From Alphaproteobacteria bacterium (lineage in GTDB: Bacteria; Pseudomonadota; Alphaproteobacteria; UBA828): a DNA stretch of 64,000 nt. The position numbers were made by a program, and so were the translations under genes. The stretch covers positions 128,001-192,000 of the forward strand of contig CBDCQT010000003.1 of assembly GCA_965220745.1 (NCBI GenBank), in the 5' to 3' direction. Position 1 is the first letter of the stretch. Each line of letters begins with the position of its first letter. This document shows, in pieces, positions 59,567-64,000 of this stretch. Below the pieces are notes generated by a model that ran no database searches, was not told where the DNA came from, and saw only the letters and a program-made list of their open reading frames with translations.

Positions 59567-59890
59567 ATGCGGACCGGCCGGATGTTCCATCGCGACGCGC
59601 AGACCTATCTGGTGCATTTGTTCGGCAGAGGCCTCGACGACGAGCGCTACGTGGTCGAGACGTACCGCTCGCGTCCCGACGGGCGGATCGAGCCCGTCGA
59701 GCCGGAGCAGTCCAGGACGAAAGGGCGACGCAGGCAACGACGCACGATCGCGAGCTTGGCCGCGGTGAAGAAAATGCGGCCCGAACGCGACCAGATCATC
59801 GTCTGCACGGGCGTCAAGCTGGCAGGCTCCGGGGTCCAGCTCTACGGATGGCAGGCGACGGGCCTGGTCGCCGCCCGCTACGCGCGCTGA
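59567..59890 (+). CDS. Hypothetical protein
   Basis: RBS GAGGGG, GC-rich third positions, co-oriented with the next gene. Confidence 0.6.
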   Translation: MRTGRMFHRDAQTYLVHLFGRGLDDERYVVETYRSRPDGRIEPVEPEQSRTKGRRRQRRTIASLAAVKKMRPERDQIIVCTGVKLAGSGVQLYGWQATGLVAARYAR

Positions 59891-59905
59891 CCGGGGTGGC
59901 CGGCC

Positions 59906-60715
59906 ATGCCGCTCAAGGACCCGGTGAATAAGCAGGCGCGGGATCGCCGCCTCCGCCAGCGCCACGCCGCTCGCCTCAAGAAGCGTTTGTGTACCCGGTG
60001 CGGCCGCGTTCCGCCCGAGCCCGGCCTCAAGGTATGTACCGACTGTGCGGAGAAGCGCCGCACCGCCGACCGCGCCCGCCGGGCGAAGGCGCGGGCCAAG
60101 GGTCTCCCCTACGCCGGCCGCGATCCGGAGCGCTGCCGCCGAGCCGACCGCGCCGGCGACAGGCGGCGGCGGAGGGCGTGGAAGGAGGCAGGGCTGTGTA
60201 CATCCTGCGGCCGCCGCCGGCCGGAGGACAACCGCTCCGTCTGCGAGCCGTGCCGCAAGGCTCGGCGCGCACTCGACCGCCGGCGCTATGCTGCGCGAAA
60301 GGCCGCCGGTCGCTGCGTGCGCTGCACGCAGCCCACGGTCGGCGGTTTATCCAGATGCGGCCGGTGCTCGGCGCTGGCGGCGGAACGCGCGTCTCCCGAA
60401 CGGGAGAGCGCCGTCAGCAGGAAACGATACGCCGCCCGCCGCGCGCAGGGCGCGTGTGTGGATTGTGGAGTTCCCGCCGGTGGCTCGGCCCGCTGTGAGC
60501 GCTGCGCATATCGGTCCAACTCCCGCGCGCCCGAGCGTCATCTCGTGTCGATGTGGCCGCCGCAGATCACCGTGATCGAGTTGGAGACGGGCGAGGAGCT
60601 GGGCGTCTTCGAGACCGAGGCCGAGGCGGCCGCCTGCATCGTCTTCGCCGGGCTGCGGCCCGACCAGGTGGAAGTGCGGACCAACGTGCCCCTCCTCGCG
60701 ATTTGCGCACGGTGA
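59906..60715 (+). CDS. Basic protein with 8 CxxC motifs (four tandem zinc-finger-like units)
   Basis: CTRC/CTDC, CTSC/CEPC, CVRC/CGRC, CVDC/CERC separated by Arg-rich stretches. Confidence 0.75.
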   Translation: MPLKDPVNKQARDRRLRQRHAARLKKRLCTRCGRVPPEPGLKVCTDCAEKRRTADRARRAKARAKGLPYAGRDPERCRRADRAGDRRRRRAWKEAGLCTSCGRRRPEDNRSVCEPCRKARRALDRRRYAARKAAGRCVRCTQPTVGGLSRCGRCSALAAERASPERESAVSRKRYAARRAQGACVDCGVPAGGSARCERCAYRSNSRAPERHLVSMWPPQITVIELETGEELGVFETEAEAAACIVFAGLRPDQVEVRTNVPLLAICAR

Positions 60716-60735
60716 CCGTCCGCACGGTGACCGTC
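60706..60735. repeat. 15-bp tandem duplication over the stop codon
   Basis: CGCACGGTGACCGTC twice. Confidence 0.85.
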
Positions 60736-60910
60736 CACACCCCGCCAGGCAAGCACCGGCGGGGGGAAGGTGCCCAGGTCCGCCGGGACCTTCCGCAATC
60801 TGCGGCCGTCGGGGGCGTGCCGGCGGTCAAGGCGCTCTTGCGGACAAATCGCCTTGACGCAGGACGTGACGATCCATGAATGTACTATCTACTAGCGTGA
60901 GGGAAGAGCC

Positions 60911-61159
60911 ATGCGCACCGTCTCCCTGATGACCGCCAACCAGGAGTTCTCGAAGCTCGTCCGCGAGGTCGAGCGCGGAGAGGGCTTCCTGATCACCCGG
61001 CGGGGCCGGCCCGTCGCCAAGCTCGTGCCCCACAGCGCCGACAAGGACGCCGATCCCGAGTGGGCGGCGGCCCATCGGCGCATGATGGCGCGGCTGAAGG
61101 AGGGAGCGTCGCTCGGCGGCCTCAGGATCGAACGGACCGCGCTTTATGACCGCGGTTAG
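60911..61159 (+). CDS. Phd/YefM-family antitoxin
   Basis: ANQEFSKLVREVERGEGFLITRRGRPVAKLVP. Confidence 0.88.
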   Translation: MRTVSLMTANQEFSKLVREVERGEGFLITRRGRPVAKLVPHSADKDADPEWAAAHRRMMARLKEGASLGGLRIERTALYDRG

Positions 61160-61607
61160 GGGGCGCTTCTCGCTGGATACCAACATTCTGGTCTATGCGG
61201 TCGACCGTGACGGCAGCGAGCGGCACTGGCTCTCCATGGAGTTGGTGGGGCGGGCGGCCCGGCGCGACTGCGTCCTGACGGTTCAGGCGCTGGCCGAGTT
61301 CTTTCATGCCACCACCCGGAAGGGCCTGCTCGAACCGTCCGAGGCCGGCCGGTTCGTGCGCGACTGGCTGGAGGTGTTCGAGGTCGCATCGGCCGACGGC
61401 GCGGCTCTCGCCGAGGCGATGGCAGCGGTGGACGAGCACCGGTTCTCGTTCTGGGACGCGATGCTTTGGGCGACCGCGAAGCGGGCGGGCTGCTCTGTCC
61501 TCGTGAGCGAAGACATGCAGCATGGACGCCGTCTCGGCGGTGTGGAGTTCGTCAACCCGTTTGCGCCCGACGGCCCCTCGGCGATGGCGACGATGTTCGA
61601 TCTGTGA
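61146..61607 (+). CDS. PIN-domain (VapC-like) toxin
   Basis: LDTNILVYA, QALAEF, FWDAML, SEDM. Confidence 0.88.
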   Translation: MTAVRGRFSLDTNILVYAVDRDGSERHWLSMELVGRAARRDCVLTVQALAEFFHATTRKGLLEPSEAGRFVRDWLEVFEVASADGAALAEAMAAVDEHRFSFWDAMLWATAKRAGCSVLVSEDMQHGRRLGGVEFVNPFAPDGPSAMATMFDL

Positions 61608-61936
61608 GCTCCGCCGGCTAACCCGAGCTCTGCGCCTCCCGGCCCCGCAGGCCGTCCCGCCCCTGGCGCTCCCGCCGACGCGGCACCGAGCCGCCGCACC
61701 CCTCAAGCAAGGGCCGCATCCCGCTCTACCGATCCTCCTGGCGCCGTGCGTAGCGCCGCCATCGTGGCGGCCGGAAGTGCGGGCTGCGATGTCCTTGAGA
61801 ACCCTGCAGGCCCCGGAGCAGGCCGCTGCCGGGAGGAGGAGAGGGACCTGGAGGAGGGTGAACGGAGGAGGTCACGAGAGAGATCGATCCGTTCGCCAAC
61901 CTTCGTCATCAACTCGGAAGAACAGGAGACAAGACC

Positions 61937-62389
61937 ATGTCGTTCGGATTGAACAGGGCGGAAGTCATTGGGCGCCTGGGCGCAGACGTCACCATCAGCA
62001 ACCTCGCCTCCGGCGGGCGCGTCGCCAATATGAGCGTGGCGACCGACGAGAGCTACCTGGAGAAAAATTCAGGGACCCGGATCGACAAGACAGAGTGGCA
62101 CCGGGTCGTCAGCTTCCAGGGCGGGCTGATCGACATGCTGGAGAAGCACGCGAAGAAGGGCCGCCTCGTCTACGTCGCGGGCAAGCTGCAGACCAGGAAG
62201 TGGCGGAAGGACGGCGAGGACAGCGACCGGTTCTCGACCGAGATCCTGCTGGTCCCCGGTGGCCGCGTGCAGTTTCTTGATCGTCCTGCCGGGGCCAACG
62301 GCAACGGTTCCCAGCCGGCGAACGGCGAGGCGGCGGAGGCCGCAACCGGCGCCGGCGAGACTGGCAGCGGCTCAGACTTGCCGTTCTGA
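61937..62389 (+). CDS. ssb: Single-stranded DNA-binding protein
   Basis: IGRLGAD, TEWHRVV, GKLQTRKW, C-terminal DLPF. Confidence 0.93.
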   Translation: MSFGLNRAEVIGRLGADVTISNLASGGRVANMSVATDESYLEKNSGTRIDKTEWHRVVSFQGGLIDMLEKHAKKGRLVYVAGKLQTRKWRKDGEDSDRFSTEILLVPGGRVQFLDRPAGANGNGSQPANGEAAEAATGAGETGSGSDLPF

Positions 62390-62432
62390 GCCAAGACCCC
62401 GCAGCGGGCCTTCCCCGCCCGCTCGCCCCAGA

Positions 62433-62471
62433 GCCCGCCCCGCGTTCCTCCCGCGCGGGGCGGGTTTTTTT
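62433..62471 (+). terminator. Rho-independent terminator after ssb
   Basis: GCCCGCCCCGCG-loop-CGCGGGGCGGG followed by T7. Confidence 0.85.
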
Positions 62472-62674
62472 GCAGCCTGATCCGAGCCCCCCGCAGGTCG
62501 GACGGCGCGCCGTGCGCTTCACACGCCACCCCCCCGTCCCGGCGCCGGCGAGAGGTCGGTCGTGGCCGGGACCGGGGCGCGTCCAACGCAGCGTCCCGAG
62601 AGGTCTCTCATGCTCCCCATGACCGCCGACGGTCCCGGCTTCGCCGGTTCCGGCCTGATCCAGAAGTATGCGCC

Positions 62675-63658
62675 ATGAACGCGGCCGCCGTCGCCGCAGC
62701 GCTCGCCGAGCGCGCCGAGGAGGTCTGCCGCCGATACCTGCCCTACGGACGCCGCCGGGGCCGGTATTGGGTCGCGGGCGACCTCGACGGCGGGCGCGGC
62801 CGATCCCTCTACGTCCGTCTCGCGCCTCCGGGCACGCCGGGGAAATTCACCGATGCCGCCGCGGGGCAGCATGGCGATCTTCTCGACATCATCCGCCACC
62901 GCATCAACGCGCCGACGCTTCGCGCGGCGCTCGACGAGGCCCGCGCCTTCCTCGCCCGGCCGGCTGCCCCGGCTGCGGGCTCGGGCGACGCCTACGACGC
63001 CACCGAGGCGGCACGCCGCCTCTGGCGCCGATGCCGCGCCATCGACGGCACCCATGCGGAAGCCTACCTGCACGCCAGGGGTCTCGCGCGCTGCCGCTTC
63101 CCCGCGCTGCGCTACCACCCAGCGTTGCTTTACAGGGACGGCGGCGGCGTGCGCCGCCTGCCTGCGATGGTCGCCGCCGTCACCGCTCACGACGGCGACA
63201 TCATCACCGGCGTCCATCGCACATGGTTGGACCCTCAGCGTCCCGCGAAGGCAAATCTCTCATCGCCGCGCAAGGCCCTCGGGCGGATCTTCGGACATGC
63301 CGTCCGCTTCGGCGACCCCGCCGACGGAGCTTCGCTCCTCGTCGGCGAGGGCATCGAGACGGTGCTGTCGCTGGTGACCGCCTCGCCCGAGGTCACCGCC
63401 GCCGCAGCGCTGTCGGCCGGCAGCCTCGGCGCATTCGCGCCGCCTGCCGGCGTCACGCGGCTGGTGATCGCGCGCGACAACGACCCCGAGGGAGAGCGTG
63501 CCGTCGAGCGCCTCGCCCGGCGCTGCGCGCGGGCGGGCGTCGCCGCCACCGTCATCGTGCCTCGCGGCTCCGACTTCAACGAGGACTTGCTCACCTTCGG
63601 CCCCGCCGCGCTCGCCGCCTGGACGGCGGCCGCGCTCGCAGACCGGGAGCCCGGGTGA
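62675..63658 (+). CDS. TOPRIM-domain primase-like protein of ICE/plasmid type
   Basis: GDLLD, AEAYLHARG, GVHRTWL, VGEGIETVLS, IARDND, DFNEDL. Confidence 0.85.
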   Translation: MNAAAVAAALAERAEEVCRRYLPYGRRRGRYWVAGDLDGGRGRSLYVRLAPPGTPGKFTDAAAGQHGDLLDIIRHRINAPTLRAALDEARAFLARPAAPAAGSGDAYDATEAARRLWRRCRAIDGTHAEAYLHARGLARCRFPALRYHPALLYRDGGGVRRLPAMVAAVTAHDGDIITGVHRTWLDPQRPAKANLSSPRKALGRIFGHAVRFGDPADGASLLVGEGIETVLSLVTASPEVTAAAALSAGSLGAFAPPAGVTRLVIARDNDPEGERAVERLARRCARAGVAATVIVPRGSDFNEDLLTFGPAALAAWTAAALADREPG

Positions 63659-63735
63659 GGGCAGCCAGGGGGCGAGCCGCATGGAGAGGAGAGAGAGTCC
63701 TCTCCGTGCCGGCAGCACGCTACGGGGAGAAGACC

Positions 63736-63963
63736 ATGAGCAGCGACATCGGGTTCCGGCGGGTGGGCGAGAACGAGGCCAGGGTCTATCAGGACGGCGA
63801 CCACGTCGGTGACGTCTATCGCCACGACGACATCCTGAACCCCGGCGAAGTGTTCTACGTGGTACATCTCAGCGAGGATCCCCGCGGCCCCGTCAGGGTG
63901 CACGAGCGCCATCGCGTCCGCGAGGTCGCCCGCCACCTCCTCGACACCCACCCGATGCTCTGA
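63736..63963 (+). CDS. Hypothetical protein, 75 aa
   Basis: RBS GGAGA; coding-like composition. Confidence 0.6.
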   Translation: MSSDIGFRRVGENEARVYQDGDHVGDVYRHDDILNPGEVFYVVHLSEDPRGPVRVHERHRVREVARHLLDTHPML

Positions 63964-64000
63964 GCGGTGACCAGCGCCACCGGCGGTGTCATCGGCGGCA

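Larger units (their letters stand above)
54259..64000 (+). mobile_element. Integrative element / genomic island (continues beyond the window; left boundary uncertain)
   Basis: Two integrases, TA pair, ssb, TOPRIM primase, hypothetical genes. Confidence 0.75.

Overview
High-GC alphaproteobacterial chromosome segment. The gene content (GEGGEG lipoprotein, SwmB-like remnant, GPP34, expanded TbpB-like lipoproteins, tandem integrases) resembles marine host-associated, e.g. sponge-symbiont, genomes; this is inference. Layout: (1) 1-17.5 kb, nitrogen-catabolic and housekeeping genes: NitT/TauT ABC transporter, DgdA-like aminotransferase, D-aminoacylase, an unusual ureF-ureAB-ureC-amidohydrolase operon, yqjG, hspQ, panB/panC and a Phd-PIN pair, ending at tRNA-Ala(CGC). 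(2) 17.5-38.9 kb, an accessory region behind the tRNA: P450, orphan mreB, four TbpB-like lipoproteins, BhcR-like regulator, a partner-switch/sensor cluster with orphan binding proteins, and several gene remnants. (3) 39-49.8 kb, core genes: pepP, prmA, ffs, dnaX-ybaB-recR, metF-like gene, outer membrane proteins. (4) 49.9-64 kb, mobile DNA: an IS66-family element with an 8-bp TSD, 146-bp terminal inverted repeats and a DUF4338/DruA-like passenger, then an integrative element with two tandem tyrosine integrases, a secreted 12-Cys peptide, an 8xCxxC protein, a TA pair, ssb and a TOPRIM primase. Best novelty candidates: the urease paralogue with intact metal ligands but remodelled substrate loops, the long-TIR IS66-DruA element, and the CNPC-repeat peptide. 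All calls come from motif recognition by eye; no database searches were run.
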